A stretch of DNA of 63,854 bases, counting the filler, from Dugesia japonica (Eukaryota): the NCBI GenBank assembly GCA_001938525.1. It is 6 parts of 6 records of this genome, joined end to end, with 100 filler letters (N's around TTAATTAATTAA, not from the genome) between each part and the next. Parts side by side here need not be neighbours in the genome. Positions count along the whole stretch, not along the records: positions 1 to 11,400 come from MQRL01589082.1; 5 more parts are not named here. The stretch is one strand, 5' to 3'. This document shows, one piece after another, positions 1 through 10,741 of the stretch. The notes beneath the pieces are model-generated. The model had not been told where the DNA came from. It saw nothing but the letters and a program-made list of their open reading frames with translations, and searched no databases. Position 1 is the stretch's first letter. Each line of letters starts with the position of its first letter. The translations under genes and the position numbers were made by a program.

Positions 1-389
1 ATTTGAAAATTATTTGTAAAATCAAAAATTTGACTCCCTCACCCCCCGTGACGTAATGAAATTTAATCCTAATGCATTTAGTTAGAAATTGAAAATTGCA
101 TCATAAAATGCATCTTTAGGTAACTATTGCGTTACTGTTTTTAAATTTTCCTGTGTATTTAGTTGGGAAAAAATTGGGCTCACAAATTATGTCATGAGAT
201 TAATTTCATCGGTTAAATTTTATGTAATAGGATTAACTTTTTTTGAATTTTTCCAATGTATTTAGTTGGGAAAATTTTTTAGGCTTTTTAGCTGGAAATT
301 TATTCGGTTACGTTGAATGAGGTAAATTTTTGATTAGGTTTTATTAAAAATTTCCTTGGTGAGGTCAAATAAGGGGTATCAAGACATTA

Positions 390-1005
390 TCCCCTTGAAC
401 AATTTCCCTCCGGACAATATCCTGACAATATACGTGATCTACAACCCATCCGGCAACGAGCAAATAATCCAATTCTAGTTCCATTATCTGCTGAAAATTT
501 TATCTTACCAGATAAATACAAATTAACAATCAACGGTCAGGATTTTTCATTGAAAATTAAGATGAAATCTTAATTTCAGCCCTAGCGTTCGTTCCTCCAC
601 CAGATGTGATGGCTGCATTTGAAGAGTTGTCTAATAAACTTCTGGCTGAAGCACAACCTGACACCTACATTGGCAGACCACAGTGACGAGGATGTCGTCC
701 ACTTTTCTTTGAAAGTGATTTTTGGAACATGTATCAACGATCACAAGATGAACTTCAGAGATCAAACAACTCTGTTGAAGGATGGCACAGAAGTTTCCAG
801 TCAAATTTTGGCTGTAATCATCCTAATTTTTAAAGTTTCCTCGACTGCATCAAACGTGAACAAGCCCTGCAGCAAGTACACTTGACACAAGCTCTTGCTG
901 GCCACGCATCTCAACCTGGAAGAAAGACTTATTCAGATCTAAAGGCTTGAATACTGACTATTGTACAAAACGTTGGAAATCGTAACAAATTGGATTATTT
1001 ATATA
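390..1005 (+). mobile_element. MULE (Mutator-like) transposase remnant, internally deleted
   Basis: Manual translation gives ALAFVPPPDVMAAFEEL (from 579) and WNMYQRSQDELQRSNNSVEGWHRSF...HPNF*SFLDCIKREQ (from 723), matching the MULE C-terminal RTNNxxEGWH motif. Contains stops and frameshifts. TIR-like ccccttgaacaatttccctccggacaat at ~391. Confidence 0.8.
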
Positions 1006-1289
1006 TGTATAACCATCCCGTCGGATTTGGTGACAATTTTTGAAAATATCAAAGGTATCTTAGATTTAATTATAAATCAGTCTATTTGATTGAGAATTTT
1101 TCACTTATTCTAAATATGTAAACCTAAAATCATCAAGCATTAAAGATAAAAAGTAATATGGAAAAAACAAGAACAAAATTTGAGAGTCACTGAGTAACAT
1201 AAAATAGGACGATAATTTATTTGGCAAGGTCAATTTTGAGTGGTATTTAAGATCAAATTTTACACTTCACCAATCCTCAGACAACAATA

Positions 1290-1445
1290 CTCTGCACTCT
1301 GTACATTAGTAATCAGTCATCAGTTCTTTTGAACTCCGTACACTAGTGCTCAGATATCCAAATTCTGCAAGCTGTTCATTAGTGCTCAGTTAATAATACT
1401 CTGCTCACTGTGCATTGATCTTTCAGTTATCAATGGTTTTCTCAC
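1290..1445. repeat. Imperfect tandem repeat, ~36-37 bp unit, 4 copies
   Basis: ctgtacattagt / ccgtacactagt / ctgttcattagt / ctgtgcattgat recur at ~1299, 1336, 1372, 1408. Confidence 0.7.
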
Positions 1446-2004
1446 TCTTTGCAAGTCTTTACTCATCACTAGTGGTAAATGCACTGTTTAATTAGTATTT
1501 AATTTTTTAGCATATTATATATTTTTTACTTGTAATTTTGAAATTCAATTAGATTTCATGTGCATTTTAATTACTGTTCTATTTTTATCGTTAAAATTGA
1601 ATAAAAGATTAATTTATAATATGACATTTTTATTAAGATTGATTCATTAAAATAATTTATAATCATTTATTAAAAATAATCCAGATATTTTATTGAATAA
1701 ATTAAGCATGGTGAAATGATTAATTTTCAATGTGTAATTTGATTAAAACTATGCTTTTGTTGATAAATTGAATTAGGCTTTGAATAAATTTTTAAGGTAA
1801 TTTAGAAAATAAATTAGATTTCATGTGTAAATTTTTATGATTAAGTTAAAATTATAATATAAAATGTTTATTAATTATTGGTGAAATTTTGAAATATTTT
1901 TAAATCAAATTAAATTTCGCATGTGATTTTTAATTCATGTTTAATTTATAATAGAAAAGTTTTATTTAGCATTGATTCATTGAAACAATTAGATGATATC
2001 AAAT

Positions 2005-2207
2005 ATTGTGTATAGTAAGACTTAATGATAGTGAGAGTTGTGTTTGTTAAGAGCTGTTTGTAAAGAGTATTGTGTTGATATAACTGTTGATAGTGAGAAT
2101 TATGTATGTTAAGACTTAATGATAACGAGCATTGTGTATGTTAATACTTCATGATAGTGAGAGTTGTATATGTTAGGAGTTGTTGGTAGCGAGTATTCTA
2201 TATGTTT
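2005..2207. repeat. Imperfect tandem repeat, ~32 bp unit, about 6 copies
   Basis: Consensus ttgtgtatgttaagacttaatgatagtgagag repeated at ~32-bp period. Confidence 0.8.
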
Positions 2208-2599
2208 AAATACTCTTCCGAAAATATTAATATTTGAAATCAAGAAGATTTACTATGAATTTATTTGAATGAATTATTAAGGCAAGAATCTTAACAGTAT
2301 TAGAATCACTATTACAGAAAACATTATGGAAATTTTCAACAGTGAATAAAAGGTTCCTGTAAATTTTTAACGGTGATTAAACAGATTGTGGAAATTTTAC
2401 CCAGGTTTAATAAAGTTCTTGTCTTTTTTCAATGATTTCAAATCTTTGAAATATTTTCCTATTCCTTTACATAATAATTTTAAAAATTAAAAGGTTTGTG
2501 TCATTTTTCAACGCTGTTTGAAAAGATTGGAAAATAAATGAAAAGTAGGCCAAAATCAGTTGTTCATGAATAACTCCACTCTGGTTAGTCCCAGAATCT

Positions 2600-2890
2600 T
2601 GTGGTAAGAAAAATTGGAAAGAAGTGTTATCTGGTCAATGGGATTTTGCAACTAGAAAACGTTATTATCATCAGAGGGACTACCACAGGGATTGGGAAAT
2701 TGGGCCAATAACAACCCAAGAAATAAAAATAAAACAAAGACTCAAACATTACATGGGGGGTTTAAAAATAGACGCCAATGGCGTGACAGAAAACGGTAAA
2801 AAATTCTCAGAAATCAAAGTCTACACCAATAAAAAACCAGAAATCGGAATTAAAAATAGCTGGCCAATGCTGATCAAATCGGGTTGCATC
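2600..2890 (+). CDS. Unknown basic protein fragment (family M5), homologous to 33100-33290
   Basis: WDFATRKRYYHQRDYHRDWEIGPITTQEIKIK...IDAN aligns with WDKKNGERRGYLQESQKKGWKIKPIT*QENKLK...LDxN at 33.1-33.3 kb. Runs into an N gap. Confidence 0.45.
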
Positions 2891-4846
2891 NNNNNNNNNN
2901 NNNNNNNNNNNNNNNNNNNNNNNNNNNNNNNNNNNNNNNNNNNNNNNNNNNNNNNNNNNNNNNNNNNNNNNNNNNNNNNNNNNNNNNNNNNNNNNNNNNN
3001 NNNNNNNNNNNNNNNNNNNNNNNNNNNNNNNNNNNNNNNNNNNNNNNNNNNNNNNNNNNNNNNNNNNNNNNNNNNNNNNNNNNNNNNNNNNNNNNNNNNN
3101 NNNNNNNNNNNNNNNNNNNNNNNNNNNNNNNNNNNNNNNNNNNNNNNNNNNNNNNNNNNNNNNNNNNNNNNNNNNNNNNNNNNNNNNNNNNNNNNNNNNN
3201 NNNNNNNNNNNNNNNNNNNNNNNNNNNNNNNNNNNNNNNNNNNNNNNNNNNNNNNNNNNNNNNNNNNNNNNNNNNNNNNNNNNNNNNNNNNNNNNNNNNN
3301 NNNNNNNNNNNNNNNNNNNNNNNNNNNNNNNNNNNNNNNNNNNNNNNNNNNNNNNNNNNNNNNNNNNNNNNNNNNNNNNNNNNNNNNNNNNNNNNNNNNN
3401 NNNNNNNNNNNNNNNNNNNNNNNNNNNNNNNNNNNNNNNNNNNNNNNNNNNNNNNNNNNNNNNNNNNNNNNNNNNNNNNNNNNNNNNNNNNNNNNNNNNN
3501 NNNNNNNNNNNNNNNNNNNNNNNNNNNNNNNNNNNNNNNNNNNNNNNNNNNNNNNNNNNNNNNNNNNNNNNNNNNNNNNNNNNNNNNNNNNNNNNNNNNN
3601 NNNNCTGGCCAATGCTGATCAAATCGGGTTGCATCCAGAAAGCTATTTAAACCCCCTGAAAACTTAGCAAAAATTATCATTTTCTAACACAAAAAACTCT
3701 ATTAATTCAGTGTAAATCGTGAACTTTGAGTATAATTAATGAAATTTGTGGAATCATCAACAAGAAATTCGACACCTCCAGTGGTTTAATTATTATAAAA
3801 TTAACAAATGAAATTATTGAGAATTTAAGAAAAGAAAATCAGTAGATACCAAAAATCCGGAGAAAACATTTCTAAATCAAACTTCGTGACTTTATTACTC
3901 CCGTTGCAGCAAAGAGAAATTTAACAATAAGTAAGCATGAGTTCATCAATTTTGTTATTTTGTTGTTTAGTGAATGTGGAAAATTACTTGCGGTTATTTA
4001 TCCAATAAAGTTTAATAATCATCTTTTTTTTTAACTTCTATGATATCTAAAATTTCATAAATTTTNTGAATAATAACCATTCAATTGGCATTCACTAGGT
4101 GTTGTGAAATGAAATCTAATGACTGAAATTTGCCGCATAGTTGTCCCGTAATTTTATTATAAGTACATGATAAATTTCCTGAAAAAAAATCTGATCATCG
4201 GATATCAGTCAATGGAAAGTTACAATATGATTCGATATCACTACAGTTACGGCGCTCAATATTAGTACATGCAACCACGTAAATACAGATTCATGGCGGT
4301 TATATCTGGCACATTCCCACGTCGAATATGGAAAATACACCTACTGAATATAACATTTATTGCAATTATTTCCGTGATATATATTTTCTACCATATCCAC
4401 TTTAAGCATCTGTTATAACCAAAGTCAGCTGTTTTTCTTTTCTTGTCTTAAGGCATGCAAACACCATTATTGACACAGACACGCTTAATTTGAATGCCAC
4501 CGTAATTATTAACGATATAGCTCCCATCAGTAGGACAGTAGTATATTTCAGTATAAGTAACAATGAAATATCTGGGCAATATGTGTAACATGANNNNNNN
4601 NNNNNNTCGGTTTGATCACTTACCAGATTCAGGGTTCATACTCTATAAGTTTTAATGACGTCGTTGTTTGGATTGCACTTATGAGTAATATCGTTAAAAT
4701 CACCATGGCTAACATTACTATTGTGTTATAATTGCATACAATTTCATGACTAATATCATCAGTGTTCATTACTGTTGATTTAAATATCACATTATATTTA
4801 TATTAATTAATAAATATTGATTATTGTTAATGATATAACTTTATCA

Positions 4847-5161
4847 CTATAGGGATATTCCAAAACCCACAGTATCATCTAACACTCTTAGTAATACCAC
4901 AGTGGTTATTTCTTTAGACGGAAAATAAGTATAATGGATAACGTTCCGTATGTCGTGATCATTACGATCATCATCACGCCTGTCATGGTTATTATGTTTC
5001 TTATCAGTGTCACCGATGACCAGTTTTTTTTCTTCTGTGCTATAGTCATCTACCATGACAAAATTACCTATATTAATACGGATTTATGGGTTATCGGTAA
5101 CGGCAGGGTCATGGCTTACATGATGGCGTTGATTAAATTTGGGTTGTGCAGCAGGCATAAT
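4847..5161 (-). pseudogene. Divergently oriented small ORF (Asp/His/Asn-rich) upstream of cassette ORF M1
   Basis: MPAAQPKFNQRHHVSHDPAVTDNP*IRINIGNFVMVDDYS... continues in frame into the 69-aa ORF 4847-5056, with one stop. Weak similarity (P...NP...IN) to a minus-strand frame at ~30950-31050, the equivalent position in the second cassette. Confidence 0.3.
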
Positions 5162-5200
5162 GAGTTCCTTTTTTAAGTATATAAATTATTAATTTAACCA

Positions 5201-5383
5201 ATGTCTGGTGAATTAAGGAAGTCACTGAAGGTGAGATTGAAGCAACGTGAGGCCTCTCGATTAAGGCAGCTATTGGTCCATCTTCTTACCCGAGGTAAGG
5301 TAGAACACCCCGACGAAACCGATTTAGCTTGTTTCGTCGAAATGTTCCCACTACTACTTCAGGTGGATCTTGACGAAGCGTGA
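5201..5383 (+). CDS. Cassette ORF M1, 60-aa unknown protein
   Basis: Intact ORF with a homolog at 31133-31315 sharing HLLTxGxxEHPDETDLxCFVEMFP; most third codon positions differ between copies. AATAAA downstream at ~5426. Confidence 0.75.
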   Translation: MSGELRKSLKVRLKQREASRLRQLLVHLLTRGKVEHPDETDLACFVEMFPLLLQVDLDEA

Positions 5384-5574
5384 CAACCCTCCTGTGAAAT
5401 ATAATAACTGTCATGCTTTGATTTAAATAAAGTCGAATAAATAGTTTAATCATCACTCTGAATTTATTTTATCGTAATTAGTTTATTCTTTTGTTATTTT
5501 ATTATAAATTATTTTCATCATAATTCAGTAAATTTAAATATTGATCATAACTGTTGAAAAATAATTACAGTAGG

Positions 5575-5985
5575 ATGGAGTACAAATGGTAGGTACTATT
5601 GGACAGGCGCACAAGACGTACGGTGTTTAAGAAATACACCAACCCCTATGACCGTAATGCGGGCATCCTGACTGACTATTCGAATCTGTCTAGTGAAGAT
5701 GCGGATAATGAGAGAGAATGAGCTGCTACTGAGTGCCAAGCTTTTTATCAATGTAGCGGCCCCGATCCCACCCGAGAGATGCTTCACTGTGTCACCATCA
5801 TAGATCCAGTAACTAACCAGATTACTAGTACGTGGCGGGACGGTCCTGCGTTGGTGCCCGTGTGGGTCGTCCACCTACCACGGACTATTAGATTCTCCGC
5901 AGATATAGGAAACACCTTTTGGAACCTAAGGAATATCGCTAGCGGAGGTGAATCGGAAAATAACGCGCCAAAAAATGAAGCGTAA
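5575..5985 (+). pseudogene. Cassette ORF M2, unknown protein with two in-frame stops
   Basis: MEYKW*VLLDRRT...NPYDRNAGILTDYSNL aligns with MESIWERTVDR...NPYNQDAGILVDR*NL from 31433. Confidence 0.6.
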
Positions 5986-6202
5986 AGTCAATGAATGATT
6001 TTTTCATTTTTACTACTTGTTGGTTGTTGTAAAAAAATAAAAATTGTGTTAAGAAATTTTATCTTCCCTTTCTTTTAACTGAGAAGGTCCACTTAATTGA
6101 TTCCGTAATTCTGTTAGTTGATCTTTTTATATTAATTGTTTCAAATTAGTCGAAGTTTCGCTTGTTAATTAACCACAAATTTCTACAATGTATATTTTGC
6201 AG

Positions 6203-6561
6203 TGCATTCCTCACTGAACAGAACCACGGCTCCGATCAAAAAGATGAGGGATGCCAGCGAGGACCAGGAAATGACNTGGGACCTCTATCGCCTCACGAAG
6301 CGTCGCTGGGAGGCAAAGGTGGCNACCTCAAATAGTAAAGTACTTCGGTATAAGAAAAAATGCATCGCCTTTAAAAAGGAAGCCAAAGCCTCACACACTC
6401 GAGAACGAGTGTGAAAGGGGCAATTTGAGTTCTTCGCAGAAATTATCCGGTCCCACCATGACCGAGAGAATAGACTGGTCAGCGACATATTGCATCTCAA
6501 GGAGAAAATGCCTCTCAAACCCTTGATGATAGATAAAAGCACCCAAACTCCACAACCGTAG
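6203..6561 (+). pseudogene. Cassette ORF M3, coiled-coil-like protein ending in DKSTQT (one TGA at a Trp position)
   Basis: Homologous over its full length to 31965-32323 (HSSLNR...EMTWDLYRL...RYKKKC...PLMIDKxTQT). Begins at acceptor ttttgcag|TG. Confidence 0.75.
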
Positions 6562-6724
6562 ATACCCGGTATTATATGACTATGAAAATAAACATTTCTT
6601 TATGTTATTGTGACTTTGTTTTCATTAGTCTATTCCTTTTAAGTTAAAATAAAATTGTTGTCATCAAATATTAGGACTAATATAGTTCATTGATGTTTTA
6701 TCTTTAATATTTTACTCGTTTCAG

Positions 6725-7086
6725 TGCCATGTATCCAGTTGCCCCGTAGTCTAAAACGATGCCACCGACTCATCCAGAAACTGCTACTCGAGAGACACTT
6801 TAAACGCTAATCTGAGCGTGCTTTGCTCTATCATTTAACGCAACGAAATAGACTGATAAAGCGGTTGGACGTGATTGTAAAGAAACAAAAGGACTTAGCT
6901 GAACACACAAAACAGCTCCTACAGCACAAGGTCGAATTTTTGAAGCGTTACATTGCCGACCTGTCACGCCAACTGGGCAATGCTGCATATCTCAACTGGG
7001 ACGATAATGGCGACTCAGTGTTGTTCGACTTTATACCAGAAGAGCTGACCCAGTGGTTAGACCTGGGTGCTCTCGATGATTTGTGA
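6725..7086 (+). pseudogene. Cassette ORF M4, basic region + leucine-rich coiled coil + acidic/aromatic tail (one stop)
   Basis: Three homologous copies (here, 10986-11368 -, 32444-32839 +) share KQxDLA...K(V/I)(E/D)F...I(A/S)DLSxQ(L/I)GN and QWLDx. Begins at tttcag|TG. Confidence 0.75.
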
Positions 7087-7142
7087 ATTATAAAATAATA
7101 TACAGTATTGATAGTAGTTCTTGTTCATTTTATTATTTTTTT

Positions 7143-7329
7143 CGTGAAAGTAAGGAACCCGAATTAAAGGTGTACAAGTGAGCACCTCCCGTAAAGGGTG
7201 AGGGTCAACCACTCTGCGCTGAATATCTAACCTAGGGGCGTTAGATTAAATTCTTGAGAGAGTACCCCTGAGAACCGTTTTTATCCGGCCAGCATCGTTT
7301 TCACCATGAACTCAGGTGGGACACCAACA
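7143..7329 (+). ncRNA. Putative structured RNA, copy A (unrecognised family)
   Basis: One of four homologous copies. Stems GGTGTA/TGCGCT, TCTAAC/GTTAGA and CCTGAG/CTCAGG covary with the other copies. Invariant TAAATTCTTGA. Confidence 0.6.
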
Positions 7330-7681
7330 GAATAATTATAGTAATTATTTGATTATAAAATGCCTGAATTTAAAAGGACTTTAGTTGATCAGGTAAATGA
7401 TGGTTTGAAAAACGAAAATAATTCAAACATGAAATGTAAAAAGCTAACTTAAAGAACAAGAAACAAAGAAAGAAGAATTTAATAGAGAATAAGATACAGA
7501 AGAAGCATACGAAGAGGAAGCATATAACATAGGAACAGGTAAAGAAACAATTGAGTGAGTTCAAAAAACTATCAAAAAGCTTTGGATAGAAAATTTCAAC
7601 TGTTAATGGAAAATGGATCAATGTGACTGTTTGTATTTAAATAAACATTTTGAAATTTAAACAAAGTCTTCGTTTTTTAAT

Positions 7682-7969
7682 ATATTGCTAAAGGTTCCAA
7701 AAGAATCGACAAGGAAATTGTTACAGTTATTTTCAACATTTGTCATAGATGATTTGCTAGATATTATTGTAAATATTATTCGTGGTAATTTAATTATCAG
7801 TAAAAAGAAATAAACTAGAACTAAGCGTCATAAAAGGTCACTGCTTTCAATTGTANATACAAAGAATAAGAAATTGATGAGAAAAATAATATATAAACAA
7901 AAGGGAGGATTCCTTTCTGTTCTATTGCCAATCGCATTAACAGCTTTAGGACTAATAAATTTCACATAA
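7682..7969 (+). pseudogene. Polinton/adintovirus small basic protein with adenovirus pX-like C-terminus
   Basis: ...NIIRGNLIISKKK*...KRHKRSL...YKQKGGFLSVLLPIALTALG resembles the QxGG|FLxxLL protein found upstream of Polinton integrases (xGG|x protease-site-like). Confidence 0.65.
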
Positions 7970-8079
7970 ACAATGGGTAACTTACAATCATTATCAACAA
8001 TTTATTTCAAATTTATATCAAATTGTTGTAATGGACAAAATCAAACCAATATGAACAGACTCAAAAAATCCAGTAGGGT

Positions 8080-9066
8080 TCAACGGAGTGGAAAAACTAT
8101 CGAAAGCAAAAGACAATTTAAAGCGAGACAAGAAAGCGGTTATCAAACCAGTTAGCGTACAGTCTGAACAAGCCATTGTTTAAAAGATTCCCAACAAGAC
8201 CGTATAAAACCTTTGGTATTGATGATTTATGGCAAATGGATTTGATGGAAATGATANCTTATTCGAGAATTAATAAAGGATACAAGTATATTTTGTCATG
8301 CGTTGATGTATTTAGTAGATTTGCAAGAGTTGTACTAATAAAATCAAATTCTGCTAATGATATGGAAGCTGCAATGAAATCAATTTTCAAAGACAGGCAT
8401 CCTGATAATTTGCAAACGGATTTGGAAAAAGAATTTTATAATTAAAAAGTCAAAAATATTATTAATCATCTGAAGATTAATCATTTTTCTGTATTTCTAC
8501 AATAGAAAGCAGCATATGTTGAAAGATTTAATCGAACATTGAGAGATGCATTGAAAATGTATTTTGCATGCACTGGTAATAAAACTTGGATACACGTTTT
8601 ATTGAAAGTAATCGATATTTATAATCATTCAAGTCACAGAGAATAAAATGGAGCAAGACCTGTTGATGTATCATCCTATAATTCAATGAAATTATGGCTT
8701 TTGAGACAACAACCAAAAGCAATCAAGAAACCAAAATATAAAATTGGTGATCATGTTAGAATCTCAAAGATATCAGCTTCACCATTCATCAAGAATTTCG
8801 ATAGCAATTGAAATGATGAAGTATTTTATAAATCAAATATCAATACCAAACAGAATCCATTTATGTATGTGATTAAAGATCATTAAGAAAATATCATTGT
8901 TGGAAAATTCTATGAACAAGAATTACAAGTTATTCCACAACCAACAGTATTTAAAGTAGAAAATATTATCAGATCAAGGGGAATGGGAAAGTATAAACAA
9001 TTATATTTAAAGTAGCATGGATATGAAAAACCAAGTTGGATATCAGCATCTCAAGTAGTAATTTAA
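8080..9066 (+). pseudogene. Polinton/Maverick retroviral-type (rve) integrase with C-terminal chromodomain, degraded
   Basis: IDDLWQMDLMEM, GYKYILSCVDVFSRFA, LQTDLEKEFYN, KAAYVERFNRTL, KYKIGDHVRISK, GKFYEQELQ, LK*HGYEKPSWI; several stops and frameshifts. Confidence 0.9.
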
Positions 9067-9085
9067 ACTAAGAAGAAAAATAAAA

Positions 9086-10097
9086 ATGAGCAAAACGAAT
9101 AATTTCTATCCACCATTACCGAGTAATAGTTTTCCACGTATTCATCCTGATAATAACGCAAGTAGATTCTGTGTTGCACTTGAAAATCCCATTTACTTGA
9201 ATGAACAATGGGAAGTAGCCTTGATGGACTTTACCTTTATATATTCTGCCTTTCAATTATATAACAAACGATACATCCAATATGTAACAGGTAATATCAT
9301 GAGAGTAATGTAGAAATAATAATCAATAACAAAGAAAAATCATTGATGGTTCATGATGTTGGTTTTGTGGTGATTGATGAAAGATCATTGTCAATCNNNN
9401 NNNNNNNNNNNNNNNATGTTGTAATATTTGACAATTAAAAAGATGCTAAATAATTTAGATTTAATACTTTAATGAATAATATAGAATCGGATACTACCAT
9501 ACAATATCGAAACTTTAAAAACGATGATTCAATTGATATTGTGAAAATGAAATAAGTATTTTCAATAGAAACTAATAAATTCATATCTTTAAAAAATGAA
9601 TATTACATATTNNNNNNNNNNNNNNNNNNNNNNNNNNNNNNNNNNNNNNNNNNNNNNNNNNNNNNNNNNNNNNNNNNNNNNNNNNNNNNNNNNNNNNNNN
9701 NNNNNNNNNNNNNNNNNNNNNNNNNNNNNNNNNNNNNNNNNNNNNNNNNNNNNNNNNNNNNNNNNNNNNNNNNNNNNNNNNNNNNNNTTAATTCATTGGT
9801 TTTAAAAATCCAAAATTAATCACTAATCCACATAAAATGTTCATCTATAGTAAAATTGTTGAACCTATAGTTGTTGGTGGTGTTAATGTTCCTTTGTTGA
9901 AATCTGTATGGTTAGAGAATTGTGAAGATGATCAAGTAGCTCAGATTATAATCAAGAATCCAATGTATTTACCAGTTGCCACTTCATGTATAAACAATAT
10001 AAAAATAAATATTCAAGGAGATAGTGGAGAATTAATAAACTTTGCTAAAGACTCAAAAACTCATTTAACTCTACATTTTCGAAAAGTAAATGTCTAA
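9086..10097 (+). pseudogene. Polinton minor capsid (penton-like) protein, degraded and gapped
   Basis: N-terminal FYPPLPSNS...NNASRF...IYLNEQWEVAL and C-terminal FIYSKIVEPIVVGGVNVPLLK...NPMYLPV...GELINF...LTLHFR are the conserved ends of the Polinton minor capsid protein. Confidence 0.75.
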
Positions 10098-10386
10098 TCC
10101 CAATATTATTAAACTTTATAGTATCAGCCAAGCTGGTGGAGAATTGCCGTACTTTGTAGGAAAACAGTTTGTATATAGATGNTTGAAAANAACTGGTGGA
10201 TTTGCTTTGCCTATTCTTAGACGTGTTGTAGCTATTGGTATGAAAACAGCACATGATGTTACAAAAAATAAAACAAATATTTTACAGTCACTCAAAACAA
10301 ATGCTATGACTGAATTCAAAGAATTTATGGCTTCTCCAAAAGTAACGAAAATAATGCCAAAGGACAACACCACAAAAGAATGTTGA
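10090..10386 (+). CDS. Polinton small core-like protein (QxGGxLPxFxG family), probably degraded
   Basis: SQAGGELPYFVGKQF...FALPILRRV directly after the minor capsid gene, the usual position in Polintons. Confidence 0.6.
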   Translation: MSNPNIIKLYSISQAGGELPYFVGKQFVYRXLKXTGGFALPILRRVVAIGMKTAHDVTKNKTNILQSLKTNAMTEFKEFMASPKVTKIMPKDNTTKEC

Positions 10387-10431
10387 CATTTTTTTATATT
10401 ATTTAGCATATATTATACATCTTTGACACAC

Positions 10432-10590
10432 CTTTTACCATATTAACGGAACCTTTAAGTATCATTGACCATATTACTATGGGACCTTTAAACATCACAG
10501 ACCATATTACGATGGAACCTTTAAACATAATTGACCATATTACTGAAACCTTTAATCACAATAGACCATATAATATTGGAACTTTTTTTT
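10432..10590. repeat. Tandem repeat, ~30-33 bp unit, 5 copies
   Basis: gaccatattacgatggaacctttaaacatcatt-like unit. Followed by a 14-bp ctccatttttaatt x3 at ~10678-10722. Confidence 0.85.
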
Positions 10591-10741
10591 GATTTACCTA
10601 AATTTAAAATAAATTGACATTTAAAAATATAATTTGAATTAATCATATAAAAACAATTAACACATAAAAGAAATAAACTCACCATTTTTTAATTCTCCAT
10701 TTTTCATTCTCCATTTTTAATTTTAAATACAACTAAGTAAA

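Larger units (their letters stand above)
7682..10386 (+). mobile_element. Degraded Polinton/Maverick (adintovirus-like) core
   Basis: Order: pX-like gene, integrase, minor capsid, QxGG small protein. No pPolB, ATPase, protease or major capsid visible. Confidence 0.85.

Noticed and set aside
2860-3635. Perfect 31-bp direct repeat flanking a 714-N gap, and the long ORFs spanning it
   Set aside because: Most simply a contig-end overlap from assembly; the ORFs are made of X residues.
6412-6414. TGA at a conserved Trp position suggesting an alternative genetic code
   Set aside because: Other cassette and Polinton copies carry TAA/TAG stops and frameshifts as well, and collagen ends in a normal TGA. 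Ordinary pseudogene decay explains it.
10432-10590. Repeat arrays here and at 1290, 2005 and 33856 as CRISPR-like arrays
   Set aside because: Units are contiguous without unique spacers, there are no cas genes, and the context is eukaryotic.
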